Source: Vulcanimicrobiota bacterium (lineage in GTDB: Bacteria; Vulcanimicrobiota; Vulcanimicrobiia; Vulcanimicrobiales; Vulcanimicrobiaceae). Taken from it: DNA of 64,000 bases. Numbering within the stretch: position 1 is the first letter of the stretch; every line of letters begins with the position of its first letter. The DNA lies in the NCBI GenBank assembly GCA_963777315.1, contig CAVZQC010000003.1, forward strand, positions 44,344-108,343. The letters run 5' to 3'. Under the pieces are notes generated by a model that worked only from the letters and a program-made list of their open reading frames with translations, searched no databases and had not been told where the DNA came from. Position numbers and translations under genes: made by a program. Shown in pieces: positions 1 to 9,805 of this stretch.

Positions 1-742
1 CAATTTGCACGTCCAGCGCCGCCTCCAAGTCTTTGACCGTTTCTATCTCGTGGACCAGGCTCGCGTTGTCGAGGCGTTTCACCTGCGGCTGCTGCGTCGT
101 AAGTGACTGTGCCTGCATGCATTGGGCGAAATCATCCTCGCGAAACTCGCCGCGCAATTGCAGGATAGCGATGGTTTGGCCACGCCCGGTGGCCTGGGGA
201 AAGCGGTAGCGTTCCGCTATTTCGGCCGCGCGAAGCGGCGATTCGCGGCGTTGCAAAGCGCCCAACCTCTGCGAACGCGGCCACTGGTGAAACCCGAACA
301 CGCCCCGCAGTAACGCCGCGATTTCCGCCGGCGCATGCAACGCGCCGTCGCGATGGCGGAAACGGTATCCGCTGGAATCCTCGAACGTCGCGACGGAAGC
401 TCCGAACGCTTCGATGGAACGATCCAACGGTGCGCGCAAGACCAAGCAACGCCAGTGCTGTTCGAGGACTTCAATGCGGTGACGAGTGCAGTATGCCCGA
501 AATTCATCGATGGCGCTATCGTCGGCCGCGCTTGCCTTAACCAGGGCCGCGCGTTCTGCATACGTTCGCGCGCCGATGGAAGTGTGGCCGATCTCGTACG
601 CTCGGCTCACATCCACCGCGTTCTGCGCGTGGGGCTGCAGCCAGGCCGTCAGTAAGACCTCGTTCTCCGCTCGAACGTCTCCTACGCGCGTACTCGCCGG
701 CCACTGTGTGCGTTTCGTTCCTGGAATGGCAACGCTCGTCAT
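1..742 (-). CDS. S53 family (sedolisin/kumamolisin-like) serine protease with pro-domain; runs off the left edge of the window
   Basis: Absent from the ORF track. Manual translation from ATG 742 is open to position 1: MTSVAIPGTKRTQWPASTRVGDV...LRGVFGFH...EIAERYRFPQATGRGQTIAILQLRGEFREDDF...KDLEAALDVQI. This matches the kumamolisin layout (Y.FP..G.GQ.IAI.. and the catalytic E-x-x-x-D motif, EAALD). Confidence 0.85.
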   Translation of the reverse strand, partial: MTSVAIPGTKRTQWPASTRVGDVRAENEVLLTAWLQPHAQNAVDVSRAYEIGHTSIGARTYAERAALVKASAADDSAIDEFRAYCTRHRIEVLEQHWRCLVLRAPLDRSIEAFGASVATFEDSSGYRFRHRDGALHAPAEIAALLRGVFGFHQWPRSQRLGALQRRESPLRAAEIAERYRFPQATGRGQTIAILQLRGEFREDDFAQCMQAQSLTTQQPQVKRLDNASLVHEIETVKDLEAALDVQI

Positions 743-828
743 GCGTGGCAGATTGGACAAGGGTGAAACGGAACCCGCCGGCCGGCGCGTTCGGCGGAGG
801 GAAGCAACCCCAGCACGAAGCAGGTCGT

Positions 829-3627
829 ATGGGGATGCAGGCTGAGGCCGAAAACACGGTCTCCGTTCTCCCTACCGGTACGGTGACGTTTTTGTTTTCG
901 GATATCGAAGGCAGCACCGTGCGGTGGGAAAGCGCGCCCGATGCAATGGCGCTTGCGTTAGCGCGCCATGACGCGATGATGCGCGAGCTCATCGAAGCGC
1001 ACGGCGGATACGTGTTTAAAACGATCGGAGATGCTTTCTGCGCGGCCTTCGCAAGTACGCCTGAAGCGACCGCCGCCGCCCTTGACGCCCAGCGCGCCCT
1101 TATCGCCGAAGATTTTTCGCACGTCGACGGACTGCGCGTGCGCATGGCACTGCATTCGGGAACTTGCGGCGAGCGCGGCGGCGACTACTTCGGTCCCACC
1201 GTCAATCGGGTTGCGAGGTTGCTCGCAATCGGTCATGGCGGTCAGGTGCTGCTCTCGCGTGCCTGCGCGGAGCTCCTACGCGGTGACACGCCGCAATACG
1301 CTCTGCGCGATCTCGGCAGCCACCGGCTCAAGGACCTCTCCCAACCGGAATACGTCTATCAGCTGATGGCGCCGGAATTGCCCGACGCGTTTCCGGAGTT
1401 GCTCTCGCTCGATCATCTGTCAAACAATTTGCCGGCTCAATTAACGTCGTTCGTCGGACGCGAGGAGGTGATGGGTGAGATTAAGGCGCTGCTCGCGCAT
1501 AACCGGCTCGTGACGCTCGTCGGAACGGGCGGTGCGGGCAAGACGCGTTGTGCGATTCAGGTCGGCGCAGAATTGCTCGACGGTTCGGGCGACGGCGTAT
1601 GGTTAGCCGAACTGGCGCCGATCTCCGACGCCTCGCTCGTCACGAGTGCCATTGCGCGCGCATTGAACGTACAAGCATCGCCGAACCGCCCGATACTGGA
1701 TACGCTGATCGGTTATCTCAAGCGTAAACGGCTGCTGCTGATTCTTGACAACTGCGAACACGTCATCGACGAAGCGCGAACCGTCGCGAGCGCAATACTG
1801 CGGGCTTCTCCCGAGGTGCGTATTCTCGTAACGAGCCGTGAGGCGTTGAATATTGCGGGCGAACGGCTCTATCGCATGCCTTCGCTTGCCGTGCCGCCTA
1901 CAACGCAGGCGCTATCGCCGCAGGACATCCTCGGATTCGGTGCCTCATTGCTTTTTAGCGACCGAGCCTTGTCCGTGACCGATCGATTTACGTTGACGGA
2001 TGAGAACGTCTCGCATGTCGCGGAGATCTGCCGGAGACTCGATGGGATTCCACTGGCCATTGAACTGGCGGCCGCACGGGTGAAAGTGCTCTCGCCCAAG
2101 CACATCGCGCAGATGCTCGACGAGCGCTTCCGTTTGCTGACCGGCGGCGATCGCAATGCGCTGCCGCGCCAGCAGACCATGCGCGCCCTGATCGATTGGA
2201 GCTACGATCTGCTCACGGACGACGAACGAGCGCTTTTCCGCAAACTCTCGATCTTCGCCGGCGGCTTCACGCTGGAGGCCGCCGCGATCGTATGCACCGG
2301 GAGCGAGATGGATGAAATCGCCATGCTGGATCCGCTTTCGTCGCTCGTAGACAAGTCGCTCCTGCAAGCCGAGCAAGTTGAAAGTGGGACGCGGTACCGA
2401 TTCTTGGAATCCACGCGGCAATATGCCCGCGAGCGTCTCGCCGAGCATGGAGAGCATGCAGCGGTTGCACAGGCGCATGCAACCGCATTTCTGACCCTTG
2501 CTGAAAAGCTGGGGCGAAGTTGGGAGACGACGTCCGATCGGGAGTGGTTCGCCCAGTTGGAGCCGGAGCTGGAAAACTTCCGCGCAGCGTTGAGCTGGTC
2601 GCTCGGCGCGCGAGGCGATGTTTTGCTTGGGCAGCGGCTGGCGGGGGCGTTGCATCAAGCGTGGTGGTCGCTGGCGACGGCAGAGGGGCGCAGGTGGGTG
2701 CAGATGGCGCGCGATCTTACCAACGACCAGACGCCCCGGCCGGTGATGGCCGTACTCGATCTCACGGAAGCCGAGCTCGCCGCGTCGCTCGTACAATATA
2801 CGGCAAGCCGTACGGCGTGTGAACGTGCTCTGGGGCACTACAGTGCGATTGGCGATGCCATGGGAATTGCGTACGCGCAGCGATGTCTGGCCCTCGCGCT
2901 GATCTTTCTGGGAAAGATCGAAGAGGGTGAGGCGCTGCTGGGGCCGGCCCTATCGCAAGCTCGAGCGCTGGGAGCGCGAAGACTGACGGGAGTCGTGCTG
3001 CAGACGCTAGCGGACGCGCGTCATTCGGTCGGTGACGTCAGCGAAGCTCGACGCCTGCACGCCGAAGCATTGGCCAACCTTCGAGCCGTCGGCGCGGAAC
3101 GCACGGCCGCAAACGTCTGTGTAAATCTCGGCGAAGCGGAGTTTCACGGCGGAAACGCAGACGAAGCGCTTCGATGGGCAAGTGAGGCGCTCGCTACCCA
3201 CCGGTCGTTCAACGCCACGCGCGGTATCGCGTTTGCGCAGATCAACATGACGGCATATTTGACGGCGCTCGAACGGTACGATGAAGCGCGCCTTTGCGCG
3301 CGCGCGGCGATCGGCGCGGCACGCGACGCGCAACTCCAAGTAGGTACGGCATGGGCGCTGCAGCATCTTGCGGCAACGGTTGTGCTGCGCCCGGCAGATC
3401 CCAAGCAGGCGCGTGACGAACGGCGTTGCGGGACGCGTCTTTTGGGCTACGCCGATGCGCGCCTGACTGAACTGGAATCGTTGCGTGAATTCACCGAGCA
3501 GCAGGAGTACGAAAAAATGCTTGCCGCATTAGGCGCGGCGTTAGATGCGGATGAAGTTGCAAAGCTCATGCGGGAAGGCAGCCTCTGGAGCGAAGATCAA
3601 GCCGTCGCCGAGGCGATGCTCATTTAA
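829..3627 (+). CDS. Class III adenylate/guanylate cyclase domain + P-loop ATPase (AfsR/LuxR-type STAND) + TPR-like helical repeats
   Basis: LPTGTVTFLFSDIEGST, GDAFCAAF and GPTVNRVARL (cyclase); NNLPAQLTSFVGRE, GTGGAGKT, LILDNCEH and LDGIPLAIELAAAR (ATPase). Start moved from 706 to ATG 829. Confidence 0.9.
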   Translation: MGMQAEAENTVSVLPTGTVTFLFSDIEGSTVRWESAPDAMALALARHDAMMRELIEAHGGYVFKTIGDAFCAAFASTPEATAAALDAQRALIAEDFSHVDGLRVRMALHSGTCGERGGDYFGPTVNRVARLLAIGHGGQVLLSRACAELLRGDTPQYALRDLGSHRLKDLSQPEYVYQLMAPELPDAFPELLSLDHLSNNLPAQLTSFVGREEVMGEIKALLAHNRLVTLVGTGGAGKTRCAIQVGAELLDGSGDGVWLAELAPISDASLVTSAIARALNVQASPNRPILDTLIGYLKRKRLLLILDNCEHVIDEARTVASAILRASPEVRILVTSREALNIAGERLYRMPSLAVPPTTQALSPQDILGFGASLLFSDRALSVTDRFTLTDENVSHVAEICRRLDGIPLAIELAAARVKVLSPKHIAQMLDERFRLLTGGDRNALPRQQTMRALIDWSYDLLTDDERALFRKLSIFAGGFTLEAAAIVCTGSEMDEIAMLDPLSSLVDKSLLQAEQVESGTRYRFLESTRQYARERLAEHGEHAAVAQAHATAFLTLAEKLGRSWETTSDREWFAQLEPELENFRAALSWSLGARGDVLLGQRLAGALHQAWWSLATAEGRRWVQMARDLTNDQTPRPVMAVLDLTEAELAASLVQYTASRTACERALGHYSAIGDAMGIAYAQRCLALALIFLGKIEEGEALLGPALSQARALGARRLTGVVLQTLADARHSVGDVSEARRLHAEALANLRAVGAERTAANVCVNLGEAEFHGGNADEALRWASEALATHRSFNATRGIAFAQINMTAYLTALERYDEARLCARAAIGAARDAQLQVGTAWALQHLAATVVLRPADPKQARDERRCGTRLLGYADARLTELESLREFTEQQEYEKMLAALGAALDADEVAKLMREGSLWSEDQAVAEAMLI

Positions 3628-3683
3628 GCGTACCAGTGCCGCGTTGCGCTCAGATGCACAGCGGCGCCACCGAGGAAAACGCT

Positions 3684-4886
3684 TCAAGGCTTTCCGCGCT
3701 TCTTCGTGTGCCACCAAGTCCAGGATGGCCTTCGGCGCGTTTTGCGCAAAGCGGGCTGGGCCGCCGAAGGGGCGACCGGAGCAGGGCGAAAGTTCATGAT
3801 GACGACGCGAAGTATACCGGCCACCGGCACCGCGAGCAGAAGGCCCGGAATACCGGCCAGCTCACCGCCTGCGAGCAAGGCGAGCACGACCGCAAGCGGC
3901 GTCAACTCGACGCTCTTGCTGACGACGTTGGGAGCGATAATGTGGCCTTCGAGCTGATTTATCACAACGATTCCCAACGTGACGAACAGCGCATTTTCTA
4001 CGCCGTTTGTGAATAGAGCGATGAAGAAGGCCGGGAGCCAACCGGCAATCGCGCCGATGTAGGGAATGACGTCAAGAACGCCGGCAACGGCGCCGATAAG
4101 TGCCGCATATTGCACGTGCAATCCCAGCAGCAGGAGCGTCACGAGCGTACCAACGATCGCGGCGACGATGAGCTGCCCGCGGATAAAACCGCCGACGACG
4201 TGATCGAGATCGGCAATGATTTTCAGCGCCTTCGGCTGCGCGTTCTTGGGGACGAACCCCAGGAGGGTTCGCTTGAGCCCTTCAGATTCGATCATCAGAT
4301 ATGCCGCCACCACCGGAATGATGACAAACAGCGCCCCTACGGTCACGATGGAGACGAGGACGGGCAATACGGTACTGGCCACGCCGGCGCCGTATTTCGA
4401 AATGTTCAGCTCGAGCTGCGCGGGGAAATCCTTGAGGTAATCACGCAGCCCCGACGGTAGATGCTTGGTAAATGGATTGTTTGGATCGACTAGCGCGGAT
4501 TGCGCATGGTTCACCAGCCTGGGAGCATCGTGAACGAGCTGCTGCGCGTCGGCACCAAGGATCGGCGCGGCGATATAAATCCCGAACGCAATGAGCAGCG
4601 CGATCCCCAGATACACGATGGCGATGGAGACACCGAGCGGGAGCCTGCGATTCAGCCGGGTTATGAGCGGAAAGACGAGATATGCAAAAAGTACCGCGCC
4701 GATGACGACGATTGTAAAGGTGCGAACCCGCACCAAAAACTCCAGCGCCTTATAGAGAATGAAACCTGCGAGTATGGCGAGCCAGCAGATGCGCACCGCG
4801 TACAGCACGCGATCGCTGCGCTGGACGAGCCGTAGCCGCGCGGTTTCTTCCTGTTCTTGACGGCCGGGAACCGTTCCGTCCTCCAT
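3684..4886 (-). CDS. AI-2E family transporter
   Basis: Multi-TM protein with GFIRGQLIVA, IPYIGA, NQLEGHIIAP..VSKSVEL.PL and GLLLAVP motifs. Confidence 0.9.
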   Translation of the reverse strand: MEDGTVPGRQEQEETARLRLVQRSDRVLYAVRICWLAILAGFILYKALEFLVRVRTFTIVVIGAVLFAYLVFPLITRLNRRLPLGVSIAIVYLGIALLIAFGIYIAAPILGADAQQLVHDAPRLVNHAQSALVDPNNPFTKHLPSGLRDYLKDFPAQLELNISKYGAGVASTVLPVLVSIVTVGALFVIIPVVAAYLMIESEGLKRTLLGFVPKNAQPKALKIIADLDHVVGGFIRGQLIVAAIVGTLVTLLLLGLHVQYAALIGAVAGVLDVIPYIGAIAGWLPAFFIALFTNGVENALFVTLGIVVINQLEGHIIAPNVVSKSVELTPLAVVLALLAGGELAGIPGLLLAVPVAGILRVVIMNFRPAPVAPSAAQPALRKTRRRPSWTWWHTKKRGKP

Positions 4887-4966
4887 TGCGCAGCCGCTCC
4901 ACTCATGACGATCGCTGCTCCCACCGTTGGTGGCGCTCCTCGCAGTATTTCACTGCGTTCGCCGGC

Positions 4967-6475
4967 TCAAACGATTTTGACGCGAAATTTTGCAACCACT
5001 TTGCCGTTGACCGGCAGCGAGCCGCCGCTATAGGTAAAGGTAACCGTTCCGCCGGACTGAGCGGGCGCGCACGAGAGCGGCCCGGGCGTGGTCACGCAGG
5101 TTGCGCTCGCCGCCACGTATGCCGTGTATTGCGGGATGGGGTCGCTGATGGAAAACGACTGCAGCGCGAACGCGCGGTGATTGGTAAACGTCAGCGTGTA
5201 TTCCAGTACGTCGCCGGGCAGTCCATTCACCGTATTTCCCGGCCCGAGGGACTCGGTGATGTTCGCGACCTGTTTGACGAGATTCGCCGCGGTAAACGTC
5301 GTCGTGACCGCGTTCGAAGAAAGTGTTTGCCCACCGTACTCCGAGGGGTCGAACGGAACGCTTCCCTGCGCGGTATTGACGGCGCTGCCGCTCGAGGAGC
5401 TCGTCGAGCCGACCACGTGCAGCGTCGCCGTAGCGCCCGCGCTCAAGTTTGAAGCGGTTGCAACGACGGTTTGAGCGCTGGCAGCCGACGTTACGGCGCA
5501 AGTGCCGGCGCCGCCGGTCACCGCGCATGATGGCGGTGTGATAGACGAGATTGTGATGCTCGCAGGGATCGGGTCGGTCAGCGAGGCGCTCGCGGCGGCG
5601 AAATATCCCGTGTTCTTGAGCGCGACGTCGTAGAAGAGTGAATCGCCCGGACCGGCAGCGCCGGTGCCCGCCTTCGCGATCGTGAATGTGGCCGGTACGG
5701 ATGCGAGATCGTTGACCACGTCGCTTCCGGTCGCAATCGCGGTGTGGCTGCCGACAAGCGCGCCTGCGGTGGTGTATTCCCACAGCGTCCAAGGAGAACC
5801 GCTGCCGATTTGCTCGCAGGCGGCCAGGTCGCCGTTGGGCAAAAGCGCCGCGCCCGTAAGGCTTCCGCTGGGCCCACTGAGCGTTACGGGACCGGTGACT
5901 GCGCCGGTCGTTGCGTTGATCGTGTACAGACTGTGCGTCGCAACGACGTAAAGCGTTTCGTTGTTGGCTGCAGTCGGAGCGGCGACGATGTCGCCGTTGG
6001 TACCGATCGACGTGCTCAGCGTAAGCGTCTTTTGAACCGCGGCCGTGGATGGGTTTACCCAGGCGACGGTGTTTGCGCTGGTCATCGTCACGAGGCATCC
6101 CGCAGCGCAATACTTCGTCGTAGGATCGAACGACATGCGCGCCTCCGTACCGGACAAACCGGAGATCGATCCCACGATCGTTGCGGCACCATAGGCCGTT
6201 GCCGACGTCGGCGCGTTCGGATTGAAAGCCGCCTTGACCAGCTGCCCGGAAGCATTCGAAACGTACAGATTGCCGCTCAAGTCCTGCGCCAGATCCTGGG
6301 CGCTGGTTCCCGAAAAAATACTCCCGTACGATTGAACGACGGAGCCCGACGTGGTGTCGATGAGATAGACGCCGGCGCTGTCGCTGAGCACCATGATGGT
6401 TGCCGCGCGTCCGGCAGCCATCGCACCGATCCATCCCAGCACGGCCAGCGCCGCCGCAAGAAGATAGCGGCGCAT
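4967..6475 (-). CDS. Secreted protein: beta-propeller-like N-terminal region plus two DUF11 domains (candidate tip adhesin)
   Basis: Signal peptide MRRYLLAAALAVLGWIGAMAAGRAA; propeller-like repeats (DLAQDLSGNLYVS, LYTINATTGAVT); DUF11 motifs GPGDSLFYDVALKN..LTDPIP and LPGDVLEYTLTFTN..ISDPIP. Confidence 0.75.
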   Translation of the reverse strand: MRRYLLAAALAVLGWIGAMAAGRAATIMVLSDSAGVYLIDTTSGSVVQSYGSIFSGTSAQDLAQDLSGNLYVSNASGQLVKAAFNPNAPTSATAYGAATIVGSISGLSGTEARMSFDPTTKYCAAGCLVTMTSANTVAWVNPSTAAVQKTLTLSTSIGTNGDIVAAPTAANNETLYVVATHSLYTINATTGAVTGPVTLSGPSGSLTGAALLPNGDLAACEQIGSGSPWTLWEYTTAGALVGSHTAIATGSDVVNDLASVPATFTIAKAGTGAAGPGDSLFYDVALKNTGYFAAASASLTDPIPASITISSITPPSCAVTGGAGTCAVTSAASAQTVVATASNLSAGATATLHVVGSTSSSSGSAVNTAQGSVPFDPSEYGGQTLSSNAVTTTFTAANLVKQVANITESLGPGNTVNGLPGDVLEYTLTFTNHRAFALQSFSISDPIPQYTAYVAASATCVTTPGPLSCAPAQSGGTVTFTYSGGSLPVNGKVVAKFRVKIV

Positions 6476-9400
6476 CTACCGGCTTGCCCCCCAGCCGAAG
6501 ATGCGATCGATGAGGGTTGTGAACGTGAAATAGAATCCCTTGCGTTGCGGCTTTCCGCTCAACGTCGGATCGATGCTCCCGGAAAAATTGTATCCGGCTG
6601 CCAGACGCGCGTCGTTGCCGATTGTGTAACCCGCCTCGGCGGCCACGTCGGTCGTTTGCGCACCGGGAACGTTGGCCGCATTCAACATCCGCAGCTCAGC
6701 GCCCACGTCGAACCGCGTTCCGACGTTTTGACGGGCCCGTAGTCCGAAAAGTGAGGTGTGGGCGGCGTAATAGCCGTCTCCGTCGAGTTTCTCGGCCACT
6801 CTTCCAGCCAGTTCGAACGTATTCCATGGCCGGTACACTTCTTCGAAGGAAAGCACGTCGGTGCGCTCGGGCAGCAAGGACGAAGTTCCGGTGAGGCGCT
6901 CATAGCCGAGCAACGATACCAAGGTGTCGTTGTTCTGCGGACGATAGGCGAGCGAGATGCGGTCGTCGGCGGCGTTCGTGCCGCTTCCGGAAACCTGATT
7001 GAGCGTTCCGAGCACCGCAATATTCGGTCCGACGTGGCCGGTAAGACCTCCGCTGAACGTGGTTCCTCCCAGCGACCCGGTACGCGACTGATATGCCAGG
7101 GCCGCGCGAAAATCTTTGGAATCGGAATAGGCAACCGAGCCGCCGTAGACGGTAAATCCTGCGGCGCCCGCGCCGGACGCGTTCGCCTGCTGCATCGTGA
7201 GGTTTCCACTGAGCCGTTTACCGATGCTGAATTTTTGCGTGACGCCGAGCGCGGAGTAGATGTCAGTAGCGTTTCCGGTATCCGTAATCAGATAATCGCT
7301 CTCAACGTTCATGGCCGGGCTCATCGCGCGTTCGAAGCCGATTTGCGTCGAACGCGTTCCAAGGTTCGTCAATCCGAGCGCGCCTGCAGATTGCGCGAAC
7401 GCCGTTGCAGCAGAATCGCTGAGCAGTTGCCGCACGAACACTTTGCTGCGGTCGTCGAACGCATAACTCAATTCAGCGGAGGTTTGTGCCGGCTGCGTGG
7501 TCTGCGCGGTTGCTCCGGTCAGATCCTGATCGCGCTGAACGTTCAAGCCGACGCGCTTGCTCGGTTTCCAGTCGAAGCCGAGCTGAGCTTGCATTTGCGT
7601 GGAGCGTTGCAGCACATTCGGCTCAGGGGAGCTGCCCGTGAGCGGCGGCGATATGGTCAGTGGAACGTTTTGCTGCGCGTGCGCCTGGACGCCGAACAGC
7701 AGCGAAATCGTTTTGTTCACCGCTGTATTCCACAGCAGGCTCGCGTTGTTTTGCGCGTCTTCAACGCCCGCTCCATGATTGCGCTGGCCATCGGCTTCGA
7801 GCGTCAACGTCTGGCCGGGCGCTGCATGACGAGACCACGCAACGCGATAATTGGTAAAGCCCGGCGAGGATATCCCGCCGAACGGGTCGGCGAAACCGGC
7901 TGCGGTGTCTTGATACAGCGCGTCGATTTGATTGGGGCCAATGCGGTCGTTCAAGGTGAGATCGATCGCGTTGCCGCCGCCCCCGCTCGAAAGTTGACCC
8001 CCCGTAACGCCGGGCGCCGACCCCGAACTCGACGCGTGTGAAAGTATCCACTGGCCGCCCGGAAGCTTTCCGGTTAATGATTGCGAGACCAAGGAGAAGT
8101 TCGATGCTCCGGTGGCATCGTTGACGTAGGAAACGCGCAGTTTGGCTGCCGCTGAGCCGCCGATATCGACCCATGCGTTGCCTCCGGTTACTGCCGAATG
8201 CGTGGCGATTCCTTGATACTGATACTGCAGCTGCAGCACCTGAGGATTGAAATAGGGGTCGAACGGCAGCGGAACGTTGATGAAACGCAGCGTTCCGGTT
8301 GCATAATCTATCGTGTAATCGACGTTTCGAATCAACGGCGTTTGCGAGATGACGGCGCCGGTTCGCCGGTCTATCGACGCAAGGGTGATGTAATCGGATC
8401 CGACGACGATGTCGGGCTGCAGCGGCTGCGCAAGCGTCAAAAGGCCGCTCACGGGAATGGTCGTCGAGACGTACGCCACTTGATTGCGCGCCGTGAACGC
8501 GTTCACATGAATGTGAGAATCCTTGTTCGCCAACTCGACTTTTGCACCCGAGAGCAACTGTCGATACGCGCCAACCGCGTTGTCATCGCCGGCGGTTGCT
8601 TGAAATTGTCCCCACATGATACTGTCGCGTCCGCTGTCGAGGCGTGCGTACAACCGATCGTTGGACTCAAAATCGGAAGATCGCGTCGAGGAATCTCCAT
8701 AGGTTTGATACGGGCGTTCGTTCGGATCGTCCACGAAGGGACCATACGAAGAGAGCGGGGCAAGCGTGTTCTGCGACTCGTACGCAACGGTCAGCAGAGA
8801 CTGTTTGCCGACGCGGCCGCTGGCAAACAGTGCAGCGCGTGCCCGGCGCGCGCTGCCGCCGTCGTCTACGCCATCGCCGTCGACCGCAATCGGCACGGCT
8901 CCGGCGCCTACGCTGACCAGTCCGTTGACCAGCGGTTTACGCAGATAGGGCGCGACGTACAGCGTTTGTGCAGACGTGAGTTCGCCCGCCGCGATTTGCA
9001 GCGTGATGTCGCCGGCCGTCAGCCCGGGAACGATGGGAATGCCGACATGCCCTCCGAGGCCGAGCTGCGCGGTGAAAACCGCGTTTTCGCTGCCGGGCGA
9101 GGCTGTGGGCGCCGGCGACGCGCCGGTGGTCGCCGACGGTAAGCCGGCGGATGCAAAGCGCGCATCGCCGCGCATGAGCGTGACCTTCACTGGGACTCCC
9201 GCCATCGCGGGATCCCCCCAGCGGTCCGTCGCGGAAACATCGAGCAATACGGCGCTTCGGCCGTCGGCCACGAGCGTGCCTTGCAACTGGGTGCGCAGCG
9301 TTGCGGGAGGCCCGCAACCGTAGATTAACGCCGTTGCCGAAGCTCCGCGCAACCCTGCTGCGCCTATCGGGGTGGCGACGAGCTCATTTGGGCCGGGCTT

Positions 9401-9805
9401 GAGGACGACGCCGAAATATTCGAACTGCGCCGTTCCCCCTTTGGCCGAAGCGGTACGGCGTCCGATGCGGGTAAGCGGCACGAGTTCGCCGTTCACGCGC
9501 AGCTCCACGCCGGCGCCGTACACCGTGTCGACGACGACTCGCGTTGCAACTGAAGGCGATACCGTTTTGTCGGACGGAAAAGCGAACGATGCCGTCAGCG
9601 GGCCGGTCGCGGTGTACGATTCATGCGCAAGATCCGCGTACTTGATCGAATTCGGCGACTCGGACGGTGCCGGGCTCGGGCTGGAGATCGGCGCGGCAAC
9701 GTCGTCGCCGGTGGCCCCCGATCGCGTCGCCGCCGCGCAGATCAACGAAATGGCAATCATCATGGCGCCGATTCGGCGAAGCGCATGTGCGATGGCGATT
9801 GTCAT
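6476..9805 (-). CDS. Large outer-membrane protein: Ig-like periplasmic domains plus a long amphipathic beta-strand region (putative beta-barrel translocon)
   Basis: Signal peptide after ATG 9805, which forms an ATGA overlap with the upstream stop. LVADGRS..L.V.ATD.WG (Big_1/invasin-like), LIRNVDYTIDYATGTLRF, and many alternating-pattern strands ending GFYFTFTTL. Confidence 0.7.
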   Translation of the reverse strand: MTIAIAHALRRIGAMMIAISLICAAATRSGATGDDVAAPISSPSPAPSESPNSIKYADLAHESYTATGPLTASFAFPSDKTVSPSVATRVVVDTVYGAGVELRVNGELVPLTRIGRRTASAKGGTAQFEYFGVVLKPGPNELVATPIGAAGLRGASATALIYGCGPPATLRTQLQGTLVADGRSAVLLDVSATDRWGDPAMAGVPVKVTLMRGDARFASAGLPSATTGASPAPTASPGSENAVFTAQLGLGGHVGIPIVPGLTAGDITLQIAAGELTSAQTLYVAPYLRKPLVNGLVSVGAGAVPIAVDGDGVDDGGSARRARAALFASGRVGKQSLLTVAYESQNTLAPLSSYGPFVDDPNERPYQTYGDSSTRSSDFESNDRLYARLDSGRDSIMWGQFQATAGDDNAVGAYRQLLSGAKVELANKDSHIHVNAFTARNQVAYVSTTIPVSGLLTLAQPLQPDIVVGSDYITLASIDRRTGAVISQTPLIRNVDYTIDYATGTLRFINVPLPFDPYFNPQVLQLQYQYQGIATHSAVTGGNAWVDIGGSAAAKLRVSYVNDATGASNFSLVSQSLTGKLPGGQWILSHASSSGSAPGVTGGQLSSGGGGNAIDLTLNDRIGPNQIDALYQDTAAGFADPFGGISSPGFTNYRVAWSRHAAPGQTLTLEADGQRNHGAGVEDAQNNASLLWNTAVNKTISLLFGVQAHAQQNVPLTISPPLTGSSPEPNVLQRSTQMQAQLGFDWKPSKRVGLNVQRDQDLTGATAQTTQPAQTSAELSYAFDDRSKVFVRQLLSDSAATAFAQSAGALGLTNLGTRSTQIGFERAMSPAMNVESDYLITDTGNATDIYSALGVTQKFSIGKRLSGNLTMQQANASGAGAAGFTVYGGSVAYSDSKDFRAALAYQSRTGSLGGTTFSGGLTGHVGPNIAVLGTLNQVSGSGTNAADDRISLAYRPQNNDTLVSLLGYERLTGTSSLLPERTDVLSFEEVYRPWNTFELAGRVAEKLDGDGYYAAHTSLFGLRARQNVGTRFDVGAELRMLNAANVPGAQTTDVAAEAGYTIGNDARLAAGYNFSGSIDPTLSGKPQRKGFYFTFTTLIDRIFGWGASR

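Noticed and set aside
829..3627. Possible antiphage STAND/Avs or cyclic-nucleotide defence system
   Set aside because: The architecture matches the common cyclase-ATPase-TPR signalling family, and no effector or defence genes are adjacent.
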